Below, one piece after another: positions 1 to 12,500 of a DNA stretch of 64,000 nt. Origin of the DNA: Macrostomum hystrix (lineage: Eukaryota > Animalia > Platyhelminthes); NCBI GenBank assembly GCA_950097015.1, contig CATNEN010000002.1, positions 2,790,001 through 2,854,000 of the forward strand, written 5' to 3'. Position numbers and translations under genes: made by a program. Within the stretch, counting starts at the first letter, position 1. Every line of letters starts with the position of its first letter. The notes beneath the pieces were generated by a model that worked only from the letters and a program-made list of their open reading frames with translations, was not told the origin of the DNA and searched no databases.

Positions 1-104
1 CCTCAGGTCTCCTGTCTTCAGTTCCTGAGGAACCCCAAAGTCAGTCCTTCACCTTCAGGCTGACTTTCCTCTCTTCAGTGCCATGTCTTCTGCTCCTTCC
101 GCAG

Positions 105-913
105 CTACCGGCTGGCACCAGAGCATCAATTCCCAGCCGCTCTGGACGACTGTCTAGCCGCTGTTCGATCAATCATGGCCAACGCGTCAACTCTGGACGT
201 TAATCCGCACCGAATTATGCTTGGTGGCGACAGTGCGGGCGGTCAGTTAGCCGCTTCGGTTACACAGATGATGGCGAACGCCAAGGAGCCGCTAACGCCG
301 CGGCTTCAGATGCTAATCTATCCCATCACCCAGTTGGTGAATTTCCGAACTCAATCGCACAGGGAGAGCTATCGCTCGCCTCTTCTGACTGGCAGACAGG
401 TGGCCGAGGCAGCCAGCCTTTATATCACTGGCCGGCTGGGGCACTGGCGCAGTATCCTTGGCAACGGGCATGTTAGTAAGGCCGTGAGGGCCGCTTATGC
501 CAAGCGGGTGAGTGTCAACTCTTGAGTCCACAAATTCCTAATCCGCAATCACAAATCCTAAGAAAAACTTCCCCTCAAATGCGCAGCTGGGCGAGTCGAT
601 GCCCACAGAGGCCAGTAACATTGACAACGGCCTAGCAACTAAGCTTGAGAAGTTGCTCATCGATCCGAGACTGTCGCCTCTCCTGGCGCCCAGTCTGGAC
701 TCGCTGTACGTTCCGCCTGCCTACATTGTGGCCTGCCAGCACGACCCCCTGCGCAGCGATGCTTACCTGTACTACAAGCGATTGGAGAGATTCGGAGTTC
801 GAGTCTATTATAAGTACTACCCGTGCTATCACAGCTGCCTCACCGGTGACCTAGACGCCAAGCAGATGGTGGACGATATGGTCATGTTTTTCAACAGCAA
901 CGCGCTGCTGTGA
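105..913 (+). CDS. 3' exons of an arylacetamide deacetylase / neutral cholesterol ester hydrolase-like alpha/beta hydrolase (HSL family); 5' part lies upstream of the window
   Basis: Exons 105-507 (acceptor ccgcag, donor gtgagt) and 587-913 (acceptor gcgcag, stop TGA) are in phase. They encode YRLAPEHQFPAALDDC, the nucleophile motif GDSAGG, the acid motif HDPLRSD and a His motif YHSC. Confidence 0.9.
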
Positions 914-989
914 GGCTGTTTTGAGAAGTAGACTTAATAAGTACATAGAGGTACAATTATGATGATAAGTCGTGTAGGTTTGAGAAGTA

Positions 990-1500
990 CGCTCAGGAGC
1001 TGAGAAGTAGACTGTTGGTTAAAAAGTAGACTGAGGTGATAGAAAGTAGACTATGGAACTGAGAAGTAGACGGGAACTGAGAAGTAGACGGGGGATCTCA
1101 GAAGTAGACAGGGGGATAAGAAGTAGACTAGAGAACTGAGAAGTAGACTAGAGAACTGAGAAGTAGACAGGGGAACTGAGAAGTAGACTGATGGGATGAG
1201 AAGTAGATTGGGGGTGAGAAGTAGACTGGGGGATGAGAAGTAGACTTGGGGGTGAGAAGTAGACTGAGGGGATGAGAAGTAGACTGGGGGATGAGAAGTA
1301 GACTGGGGGGATGATAAGTAGACACGGGAACTGAGAAGCAGACTTAGGGGATGAGAAGTAGACAGGGGAACTGAGAAGTAGACTTAGGGGATGAGAAGTA
1401 GATAGGGGAACTGAGAAGTAGACTGGGGAACTGAGAAGTAGACAGGGGAACTGAGAAGTAGACTGGAGAACTGAGAAGTAGACTGGAGAACTGAGAAGTA
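990..1500. repeat. Minisatellite, ~19-20 bp unit (gagaagtagactgggggat / gggaactgagaagtaga)
   Basis: Tandem GAGAAGTAGA-core units downstream of the esterase stop codon. Confidence 0.9.
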
Positions 1501-2184
1501 GGGTACGATAGGCTTGTATTATGAGGTGAATGTGAGTGGAATCAAAATTGGCCATTCTTGTGTGAAATGAAGTCAGATGGTGGAAAATGATAATTTTCGT
1601 ATTTGTGCATCGTGTTAATTTAATGTTGCCTTTACAACTGCTACTGTATTTTTTTATCCAAATTATTAGTTTTTACCACAGAATACTGTACAGTGTATTC
1701 TGTGGTTTTTACCTATTTAGAATGGAACATTTTGAGCACTTTGCATTGTAACGGTCGAGTTATTTCGACTAATTTTTATTCCTTCCATTCTGGAAACACT
1801 TCATTTATAACTTCACTATTTATTAACTTATTTCGCATCTTGCTACTAATTACTCGTAGTAGGCTGATTTGCGCATTATCGGTCCTGTATTTTTGTCCTT
1901 CATTTTTTCTACTGATCATGCAGTTGCCGCAGTGGGACGTGTCAAATTTCCCAATTTGCCCATTGCTGCATGATACTTTTAAGCGAGTATATTTTCATTG
2001 TTAAACTTACTGATTTTGTAATGCACTAATTAGTTGCGAGTAGCAATATTTCATTTATCTTCGCTTTAATCAGTTTCAATATAACACATTTTACTGACCC
2101 GGTTTTTCCTATATCTGACATCAGTGCAATTTATTTGCATTGAGATGAACTCCAAATATGATTTATTTGTTTGCTGTTTATTTT

Positions 2185-3330
2185 ATTTCAGGATCAGTTA
2201 GTTAGGATGCTTGTCAGTGTGGGTCAGGATGTGTCAGAGAGGGTCAGGATGCTTGTCAGAGTGGGTCAGGATGTGTGTCAGAGAGGGTCAGGATGCTTGT
2301 CAGTGTGGGTCAGGATGTGTGTCAGAGAGGGTCAGGATGCTTGTCAGTGTGGGTCAGGATGTATCAGAGAGGGTCAGGATGCTTGTCAGTGTGGGTCAGG
2401 ATGTGTCAGAGAGGGTCAGGATGCTTGTCAGTGTGGGTCAGGATGTATCAGAGAGGGTCAGGATGCTTGTCAGTGTGGGTCAGGATGTGTCAGAGAGGGT
2501 CAGGATGCTTGTCAGTGTGGGTCAGGATGTGTCAGAGAGGGTCAGGATGCTTGTCAGTGTGGGTCAGGATGTGTGTCAGAGTGGGTCAGGATGCTTGTCA
2601 GAGTGGGTCAGGATGTGTGTCAGAGGGTCAGGATGTGTGTCAGAGTGGGTCAGAATTGCGTCCAGTTCGAATCTGCGGTGTTTCCAGAAAAAGAAACAGT
2701 CGAACGCTGGAAACATACCAATCGGATGATTCCATGCTTAGAATCTACCCAACTGGGCGTTTTCTCGGTGCTTCTTGGTGGCGAAATGGAATCACCCAAA
2801 GAATCCTCCAGTTCGGAAGATTGCATGCTCAGAAACCGCCGAGGAATCGCCCGTAAATAATTCTCTGGTTTTCCCATGGGCCACTGGTTCGGGTGATTCT
2901 TCGGCGGTTTCCGCACAATTTAAGGTTACATCGGCTGCTTCCTGGGTGGTTTCTTTAACTCTTGCGAGATAGGGGGGATTTTGGTAGATTCCACTCCTAT
3001 TTCCTATCTACAAAAAACCCGCCGAAGAAGCAGACGAATTTTTTACAGGGTGTCAGAGGGTCAGGATGTGTGTCAGAGTGGGTCGGAATTGCGTCATCGT
3101 GGGTCAGAATTGCGTCATCGTGGGTCAAGGTGCAGGGTAGGTCAGGATGTGTGTCAGAGTGGGTCAGAATCGCGTCACCGTGGGTCAAGGTGCAGGGTAG
3201 GTCAGGATGTGTGTCAGAGTGGGTCAGAATGCGTGTCAAAGTAGGTCAGGATATGTGTCAGAGGGTCAGGATGTGTGTCAGAGTGGGTCAGAATCGCGTC
3301 ATCGTGGGTCAAGGTGCAGGGTAGGTCAGG
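2185..3330. repeat. Minisatellite (gggtcaggatgcttgtcagtgt / gggtcaggatgtgtcagaga), interrupted by unique sequence at ~2663-3052
   Basis: Tandem units visible on both sides of a ~390 bp non-array segment. Confidence 0.9.
2663..3052 (-). mobile_element. Possible truncated end of a DNA transposon (CACTA/EnSpm-like terminus with subterminal repeats)
   Basis: The minus-strand end reads CACCCTGTAAAAAATT. About 5 degenerate copies of GAAACCGCCGAAGAATC occur in both orientations. No second terminus or TSD was found. Confidence 0.3.
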
Positions 3331-3894
3331 ACGTGTTACATTATAAATGAATGCCGATTCATACATAAGCGTCATTTCGCTGCTACAGTTTCACACAGCT
3401 AGTCTAATAGAGGCACAGTGCTGTTAGGCCAATTGTGTTAATACATTTGAGCCAAAGCCACACCTAATTCTGAGTTTAATTTGATGAATTCTCTTACAAG
3501 ATTGAATGGAATTCCATGAAGCAGCTATTGCAGGCACTCGAATTGCTGGAGTGTTCCACAGCTTTTTGCAGCTATTTGGCAATTATCGCGTGGTCGCAAA
3601 TTCCTAAAGCTTTTCTATCTGAGCGGAGCGATTAACATATGTAAATTGCTGCTGCGAAGACTCTGAAGGTAGGTTCGCTGTTCTCTGACCTGAGCCGTGT
3701 GCTCATTCTCTCCCTCCTGTCTCTTATTGTCTTTGTTGAATATTTCTACAGGCAGCCCAGCTGCTCACCTTTTAGAGAAGCGATGTAAGAATTCGAAAGA
3801 GAGAGAGACGGGAGAGAGATTGAGTCCAAAGAGTTTTGAGCTAATTGTAGAAAATTTAACTCCGAACTGAACTCAATTCATAACGACCGCGCCA

Positions 3895-6756
3895 GTGCTT
3901 GGTGGTGTTGACCTTCTGCCTCAACATTTTACTGTGGACAGAACAGCTCAACTGTGTTCTGAACTGAGCACAGGGGAAAACAAAGAGAGATCACTGCAAT
4001 TCCAAATGATGGAGGACCTGTCAGCAAAGCTCCTGGGTGAGACTCATCATCAGCTGCTCTTTAAGTGACCCTAATAATCTTATAATCTCCACTCTACTTC
4101 TCTCGCTCTACTCTCTACTCACTTCTTATTTGAGCTCTACTTCTCACTGTCCCCTCTACTCTACTTCTCACTGTCCCCCTCTACTTCTCACTGTCCCCCT
4201 CTACTTCTCACTGTCCCCTCTACTTCTCACTGTCCCCTCTACTTCTCACTGTCCCCTCTACTTCTCACTGTCCCCCTCTACTTCTCACTGTCCCCTCTAC
4301 TTCTCACTGTCCCCTCTACTTCTCACTGTCCCCTCTACTTCTCACTGTCCCCCTCTACTTCTCACTGTTCCCTCTACTTCTCACTGTCCCCCTCTACTTC
4401 TCACTGTCCCCTCTACTTCTCACTGTCCCCTCTACTTCTCACTGTCCCCTCTACTTCTCACTGTCCCCTCTACTTCTCACTGTCCCCCTCTACTTCTCAC
4501 TGTCCCCTCTACTTCTCACTGTCCCCTCTACTTCTCACTGTCCCCTCTACTTCTCACTGTCCCCCTCTACTTCTCACTGTTCCCTCTACTTCTCACTGTC
4601 CCCCTCTACTTCTCACTGTCCCCTCTACTTCTCACTGTCCCCTCTACTTCTCACTGTCCCCTCTACTTCTCACTGTCCCCCTCTACTTCTCACTGTCCCC
4701 TCTACTTCTCACTGTCCCCTCTACTTCTCACTGTCCCCTCTACTTCTCACTGTCCCCCTCTACTTCTCACTGTTCCCTCTACTTCTCACTGTCCCCCTCT
4801 ACTTCTCACTGTCCCCTCTACTTCTCACTGTCCCCCTCTACTTCTCACTGTCCCCTCTACTTCTCACTCGCACCGGCCCGCCCTCCAGTTCCGGAGCAGT
4901 TTCCGGCCGCCTCGCTGCGCCGTTCCAGCGTGGACTCGCTGTCCCGCTCGCGTCGCGGCAGCTCCGACACGGCAGCCAGACTGGAGGCGGATCTGCGGTC
5001 GCATGTCTTCCAGGCTGCCTGTGAGTCCTGCTTGTCTCATCTGTATTTCACAGATCCCGAAATTCCTAATCCCAATCTTCTCCCTTCCCTCAGCGCCGCG
5101 AGGTCCCGTCTCTCCGATCCCGTTTCCGCCCTGCTTCTCCGGTGACATCAGCGAGGACCTCGAGGCCCAGGTGGACGACAAGGTGACAATCTCGTGCACC
5201 GTGCACGGACACCCGCGACCTGAGGTGGCCTGGCACAAGGACGGAATCCTGCTGCTGCAGAACAGCCACGGCATCGAGGTAGGGGGGACGTAGACTTAAG
5301 AAGTAGAAAGCGGAGATTGAGAAGTAGAAAGGGGAGAGTGAGAAGTAGATAGGGTAGACTTAGAAGTAGATAGGGTTGAATGAGAAGTAGATAGGCAGTG
5401 TGAGAAGTAGATATAGTAGAGTGAGGAGATTGAGAAGTAGATAGGGGAAAGTCAGAAATAAAATTGAGATTGAGTCACTGTTCTCCCCGCCAACTCAGCT
5501 GTGGTCTCACGGCTTTGAGCACAAGCTGGTCATCCCTTACGTCGGTCACGAGCACGCCGGTGTGTACTGCATCGCCGCGGCCAACGCCCTCGGCCGCTCC
5601 GAGTGCCACTGCGTCATCCGAGTGACTGACGAACCAGCTGACAGCGGTGTCGAGACTCCGTCGGCTGCAAATGGTTCGTCGGCTACGCCATCGATGTCAG
5701 CAGTGACTTCGGCGGAGCCAGCGCACCACGGCTGCTGCTCGGCAGCCTGCCATCTGCCACCGGAGCTGCTGAGCTTGTTCAGAGACCAACACTGCCAAGC
5801 CGGCGATCCTGTCCTGCTGGAGTGCGAGGTGGCCGCCTCGCCAGCGCCGCTGGTGAGCGCCTGTCACTCTGGCCCTGTTGACTGTCACACTGACCCTGTT
5901 AACTGTCACTCTGACCCTGTTGGCTGTTACTCTGACCCTGTTGACTGTCACACTGACCATGTTGACTGTCAATCTGACCCTGTTGGCTGTTACTCTGACC
6001 CTGTTGACTGTCACACTGACCCTGTTGACTGTCAATCTGACTCTGTTAGCTGTCACTTGACCCTGTTGGCTGTTACTCTGACCCTGTTGACTGTCACTCT
6101 GACCCTGTTGACTGTCAATCTGACCCTGTTGACTGTCACTCTGACCCTGTTAACTGTCAATCTGACCCTGTTAACTGTCACTCTGACCCTGTTGGCTGTT
6201 ACTCTGACCCTTTTGACCGTCACACTGACCCTGTTGACTGTCACTCTGACCCTGTTGACTATCACTCTGACCCTGTTGGCTGTTACTCTGACCCTGTTGA
6301 CTGTCACTCTGACCCTGTTGACTGTCAATCTGACCCTGTTGACTGTCACTCTGACCCTGTTGACTGTCACTCTGACCCTGTTGACTGTCAATCTCACCCT
6401 GTTGACTGTCACTCTGACCCTGTTGACTGTCACTCTGACCCTGTTAACTGTCACTCTGACCCTGTTGGCTGTTACTCTGGCCCGGAGAGTGAAGACTGGC
6501 ACTCTGGCTGATCGTCACTCAGTCTGTCACTCCCTTCTCGCCGACTCAGGTGACTTGGAGCTTCAACGGCCGTCCAATCAGCTCCGCTGACGAGCGCTTC
6601 CGAGTCTCCAGCTCGGGCCGCCGACATCGCCTCCTGCTGAGCCGGGCCAGCCTTGCTGAGGCGGGAAGGATCTGCCTGACAGCCGAGAACCCGGCCGGGG
6701 TGGCCACCTGCGCAGCGCTGCTCATTGTGGAGGATCCTGACACTGGCTTAGTGTGA
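3895..6756 (+). CDS. Protein with two immunoglobulin I-set domains (titin/MLCK/palladin-type Ig); 5' end uncertain
   Basis: Phase-consistent exons 4889-5020, 5094-5278, 5499-5852 and 6550-6756 (stop TGA), plus a probable upstream exon ~3895-4036. Ig1: PPCF..VTISCTVHGHPRPEVAWHKDG..KLVI..HAGVYCIAAANALGRSEC. Ig2: PPEL..VLLECEVAASPAPLVTWSFNGRPI..HRLLL..ENPAGVATC. Confidence 0.8.
4130..4866. repeat. Intronic minisatellite, ~19-21 bp (ctctacttctcactgtccc)
   Basis: Pyrimidine-rich tandem array ending ~20 nt before the acceptor at 4888. It carries the reverse complement of the GAGAAGTAGA core. Confidence 0.95.
5290..5450. repeat. Degenerate GAGAAGTAGA-core minisatellite filling an intron
   Basis: Repeated tgagaagtagatagg units between the donor at 5279 and the acceptor at 5498. 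Confidence 0.75.
5868..6480. repeat. Intronic minisatellite, 21 bp (ctgaccctgttgactgtcact)
   Basis: Tandem units. They explain the (VTLTLLT)n and (VNRVRVT)n pseudo-ORFs. Confidence 0.95.
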
Positions 6757-6781
6757 GCTCATTAGCCTGCTTGCTTTCAAG

Positions 6782-8016
6782 CATGAGATGAGACACGGCA
6801 TAGATGAGACACGGGAGAGATGAGACACGGGAGAGATGAGACACGGGAGAGATGAGACACAGGAGAGATGAGACACGGGAGAGATGACATATGGGAGATA
6901 TGAGACAGGAGAGATGGGACAGGGGAGAGATTACACACTGCATAGATGAGAAATGGAAGAGATGAGACAGGGGAGATGGGACAGAAGAGATGGGCCAGGA
7001 GAGATGGGACAGGAGAGATGAGACAGGGGAGAGATTACACTGTATAGATATGACATGGGAGAGATGAGACAGGGGAGATGAGACAGGGGAGAGATTACAC
7101 TGTATAGATATGACATGGGAGAGATGAGACAGGGGAGATGAGACAGGGGAGATGAGACAGGGGAGAGATGAGACACGGCATACATGAGACACGGCATAGA
7201 TGAGACACGGGAGAGATGAGACACGGGAGAGATGAGACACGGGAGAGATGAGACACGGGAGAGATGAGACATGTAACGATTTCTTATGCAACAAATTGAG
7301 TCCTCGCAGCAAGAGCCCGTCCATACGGCAGTGAGCTAATTCAGGCCGAGAGTCAAAATATATTTAATTTTAACAGAGCGATAAGGAAAGGGGGTTGGTT
7401 AGAAGGGTAACATGTGCGTGGACTGGCCAGAGGTAAGAGATGAAACGCAGGGGAAAGAAAGAGAGACGAGGTGAGAGCCAATCAGAGCCGAGAGAGAAGA
7501 TAAGGCTAATAAATAAATTGAACAGGCACGGGAAGAGAGGAGAGAGTAAATTAAGAGGGCGCGCGAAATGACAAACCAGGGAGAAGATAATACAAGACAC
7601 GGGAGAGATGAGACACGGGAGAGATAAGACACGGGAGAGATAAGACAGGGGAGAGATGAGACATAGGAGAGATGAGACACGGGAGAGATAAGACACGGGA
7701 GAGATGAGACAGGGGAGAGATGAGACACAGGAGAGATGAGACACGGGAGAGATGAGACACGAGAGAGATGAGGCACGGGAGAGATGAGACACGGGAGAGA
7801 TGAGACACGGGAGAGATGAGACACAGGAGAGATGAGACACAGGAGAGATGAGACACGGGAGAGATGAGACACGGGAGAGATGAGACACGGGAGAGATGAC
7901 ACACGGTAGAGATGAGACACGGGAGAGATGAGACACGGGAGAGATGACACACGGTAGAGATGAGACACGGTAGAGATGAGACACGGGAGAGATGAGACAC
8001 GGGAGAGATGAGACAG
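6782..8016. repeat. Minisatellite, 16 bp (tgagacacgggagaga), interrupted by a solo LTR
   Basis: Tandem units. The 16-aa periodicity of the pseudo-ORFs corresponds to 3 x 16 bp. Confidence 0.95.
7272..7594. mobile_element. Solo LTR (323 bp) of an LTR retrotransposon
   Basis: Begins TGTA (7272) and ends TACA (7594). Flanked by a perfect 5-bp direct repeat AGACA (7267-7271 and 7595-7599). Internal AATAAA near 7506. Confidence 0.8.
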
Positions 8017-8934
8017 AGGTGGGTAGGTGTTGTATTTGAGTGTAGTGACCGCAGCTCGAGTACAACAGTAGGTAATTTATCATCCGCCCTCAGGTGCAAC
8101 CAGAAGGTGATTCGGTCTGCAACTAAATTGTTCAACAAACGAGCCGAGAAGCCTACTGAAGATTGGCAAATCACGCCCAGCTACTCGCTAGTGACGTGAA
8201 ATTCAATTTGGTATCAGTTCTGACAGTTCAATTGGTGCCTGTAAATGCAATGAAAGTTTATTATGTTTTATTTATATAAACATGAGTTTGAAAATATTCG
8301 CTAGAGATCAATTTAGTGCATCAGAGTATAACGCTTTGTTTTTTGTTTAACTGTATCCAATTTTTTGTTAAAAAATGAAGCAATTCTAAGAAATGTCTTT
8401 AAGATTTTCATTGTATGCCTCATTAAAATCGATTTAAATCATTTTATTTTTTACGTTTGATTATTGACAAAGTCATCTGTACCATGAAATACCTTAGGCA
8501 ACTTATAAACTTTATTCTGAAAGAGTTCTGAAAGAGTCGAGTCAAACTAATTCTCGAAAAGTTTAGTCAAAATTTCCAAGCTTGCTAGCCTGATGGTTAT
8601 ACGAGGCTTTATTTAATTTTGAAGCTCATTTCTTCTTTGATAATAAAGTCTGCAAAATTTTGTCGATAAATAAACAAAAAAACAGAAACAATTACAGTTA
8701 CGGCAAGCGTATAGTTTGTTAATTTACTGTTTATGAATTGTTGCTAGGTTAAGAATGGATTTTCATATTTAGTGGATTTGAAATTCGAATACAATTTTCC
8801 TGCATAATTAGTTTTAATAGGCACATTAGCAGGTGAAGTATAAGGCTCAAATATTATTCCTTCCTTTCTTATTACAGTTACTTCTACCTTTAAATGGGCC
8901 AATTAGTCCAAGGCAGAGGGTGTGGCGGTAAAGG

Positions 8935-9295
8935 GCCAACCTTAAGTTGAGGGGTGGTGGGGGTAAAGGGGCCAACCCCAAGTTGAGAGGCGGTGGATGG
9001 GTTAAAGGGGCCAACCCCAAGTTGAGAGGCGGTGGATGGGTTAAAGGGGCCAACCCCAAGTTGAGAGGCGGTGGATGGGTTAAAGGGGCCAACCCCAAGT
9101 TGAGAGACGGTGGTTGGTTTAAAGGGGCCAACCCCAAGTTGAGAGGCGGTGGATGGGTTAAAGGGGCCAACCCCAAGTTGAAAGACGGTGGTTGGTTTAA
9201 AGGGGCCAACCCCAAGTTGAGAGGCGGTGGATGGGTTAAAGGGGCCAACCCCAAGTTGAGAGGCGGTGGGTGGGTTAAGGGGGCCAACCCCTAGT
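8935..9295. repeat. Minisatellite, 39 bp (aaaggggccaaccccaagttgagaggcggtggatgggtt), in the 3' flank/UTR of the SOGA-like gene
   Basis: About 9 tandem copies. Pseudo-ORF (KGANPKLRGGGWV)n. Confidence 0.95.
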
Positions 9296-9358
9296 TTGAG
9301 TATTCTCAAGGCTAACAAGAGTATAAAACAGAACTAATCAAGGCAAGTCAAGCAGCGG

Positions 9359-9470
9359 TCAATTTTTACCGGTTCTTGAGACAGCCGGCGGTCGGTCAGT
9401 CTTAATTGCCCGCAGAGTGACACCGAAACGGCTGCTGACTGCAGCTGGCTCCTTAGGCTGCGGTTTCACT

Positions 9471-9515
<45 letters not shown>

Positions 9516-12500
9516 AGATTCTTACCGACTTTGCCGCTAAACAGTTTCTCATCGAATCCCTGATAGAATCGCCGCTTTGAAGCTGATGCTGTTGCCTGAC
9601 CTGTCTGCTGCTTCTGCTGCTGCTGCTGCTGCTGTTGCTGCTGAGGCTCTGGAGTATCCACTCCTGACTCCAGAAGGTCGGGACTAGCAGAACGGCGATT
9701 TTCTAGAAACGATTGCTGCTGATGTTGCCGCTGTTGTTGCTGCTGGTGCTGGTGCTGCTGCTGCTGCTGCTGCTGCTGCTGCAGCAGATTGTACCGATGA
9801 TGCACAAACTTCGGCACTCCGCCAAGGCCGCTCCCGGAGCCGCGATACCCCGGCAATTCGGCAGTTGCCGTACGGCGAGTGGCAACTGGACGACTGTTGT
9901 GAGTCGGTTTGTGCGAGGCTTTGTAAAATTATAATCGGAACCTTTATTCCGATAGGTTCCGATTATCCCAACATCCCAACAGATACTCAATCCCAACAGA
10001 TACTCAATCCCAACAGATACTCAATCCCAACAGATACTCAATCCCAACAGATACTCAATCCCAACAGATACTCAATCCCAACAGACACTCAATCTCAACA
10101 GATACTCAATCCCAACAGACACTCAATCTCAACAGACACTCAATCCCAACAGATGCTCAATCTCAACAGATACTCAATCCCAACAGATACTCAATCCCAA
10201 CAGATACTCAATCCCAACAGATACTCAATCCCAACAGATACTCAATCCCAACAGATACTCAATCCCAACAGATACTCAATCCCAACAGATACTCAATGCC
10301 AACAGATACTCAATCCCAACAGATACTCGATCCCAACAGATACTCAATCCCAACAGATACTCAATCCCAACAGATTACTATAATTGCTAATTGGAGTCCA
10401 TTTGAGTTATTCAATATAATTATAGACCAAGAATGCAAATTTGTGATCTTCTCTGATTAAAGTTAAACTCCAATCTATCGATCCACTTAACCGTGCAATG
10501 GCAAAGTACATGGTGGACCTTTCTTAACGACATTTTGACAGAATTTTTTTAATGCTAACTTCTTTGTACGCTACTGTTAGTAGAGTAGAACGAATGAGAA
10601 AAAATAAAAAGCTAGAAAAATATTTTTTAAACATTTTTTGCAAGCTTCTGTTTGTAGACTAAAAAGACTCACGATAAGGTAATAAATCTCTAGAAAAACG
10701 ATTTTAATGGTTATAATTTTTACTTTTATGAGTTTATAAAAAACTAATGAGTAGTTTGCAAGGTAGACTAACCCTCCACTGGCGCTGCTTTTCCTTCCTG
10801 CGCTGCTCCTGTCTAGACTGGACCCTCTCGACCTGTACTTTCCAATCTCGTCGACAATGTGCTGCAGAGTGGCTCTCAGCTGGAATATAAGTTTTAGCGA
10901 AATGCGGCTTAAAAAGAAACATCACCCACGGCTGCAGTTGCGAAAGACAAATTGCTTTATTTAAAAAGAGCTGACCTCCTCTTGTCTGCCTGGCAGCTGT
11001 TGCTCGGATTCTAATTTGATCGAGTTGATCTGCGGGATTTGAGCAAACTAAAAACAATTGACGATTATCTGAGCACAGTAGCCAGCCTGCACCACAGATA
11101 ATATATAAGATAAGTTATATATTATCTGTGGCCTGCACTGCACACCCACCTCATCCACCGTGCACTGGAATCTGTCAAGCCACTGGTCAACAACCAGCCG
11201 CAGCTGTTGGCCAGCGAATTGCAGGCTGACCCGGTCGCTGACCCGGCGCTGACGTTCCCGGGTCAGGGCGTCCTCGAGTGCGTCGGCGCGGCTGCGCCAT
11301 TCCACCGATTCATCACGGAGTCGGTCGGCCTGTAGGAAGACAAAAATCATCAGTGGAACTACCAAGCGGGGGGGGAATTCCTGACAATCTTTTTGTGCTG
11401 CACCCGAACGGAGCAACGCAAGCACACGAAACTCAAGAACACGGGCCAACTTTTTGTTGCACATCTTCGTAAACAATAATCAAGTCGCCAGCTCTTTAGA
11501 CCGTCGAGATATTCAGTGGTTCTGGCCGAAGGTTAGATTTTGCCATAAGCGCTAGTGTATTTCATACACCCCTATACACGAATTAGCACTGTGCCTCAGT
11601 GCGGCCTTGCCAGGCCTTCAAAAGTTATCAGCATGTCACCCGAATGTGCCTGCATCATCTCCGTCTTCAGTGGTCGCCTACTTTTATCTAGACGGAGCTG
11701 CTGGACCTTCAAGGGCTACAACAGGTCTAACTAGGCCACTATGGACACCCTGACGCGAGTTTCTCCAATTTCACTGATCAAGCCTAAGTATTAGGCGCAG
11801 CTCAACCACAGGACAGCCTCGCCTTGTCAGTCAACCAACCAGTCACCACCCAACGCTGTTAGCATTCAGGCGCTGCCAAAAAACTTGGCATAGAAAACGG
11901 GCGGCTGATTGGCTTGGTAGTCCTACTGTTAAAGAGCGAATTCTTCTTGGAGAACTGACTAAGGAGTCAGCGAGGCACCTGACATGACGATGGGGCCACA
12001 ATTTTTGCCCCTCGAGTGCCAACCTCGAGGCACAGTGAAGTGTACACTGCCTGACGATGAGAAAGTCAGGGCAGATGTACACACCTGTGTGAGTGTGTGC
12101 TCAGGAGTCAGCGAAATGGGCAGAATTGCCTCCTCTCTCTGGCTGCGGGTCTAGTGTCACCAAATGAGGCGCCATTGGCCACAGCCATCCTGCAAAAATA
12201 CTATCAATTATTATTATATATTATTTCTTCAAGGAGAGCGTCCTTATGTAAAGGCGTCTTAAAGCAAAATAAAAACTTTTGTCTTCTGCCAGCCTTAATT
12301 GGGCCAGATGTGCAACCGACAGCACAGCCCGCAGCTATTGCGCGGCGCATCTGAAAGCTGCGTACGACTGTTCAGTCCATGGACTGGGATGACGAAACAC
12401 CCACACTAGATTACCCCAGCTGATGCTGGTACCCATTTAGCAGCTGGGTGTCTTGCTAAAGTACACAGATTGTTCCAGTGGAGTCAAGAATCGAACCCCC

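Noticed and set aside
2171-8174. Long ORFs such as 2171-2860, 4037-5293, 6722-7324 and 7370-8083
   Set aside because: Their periodic translations come from minisatellites; only the spliced Ig exons inside some of them are real.
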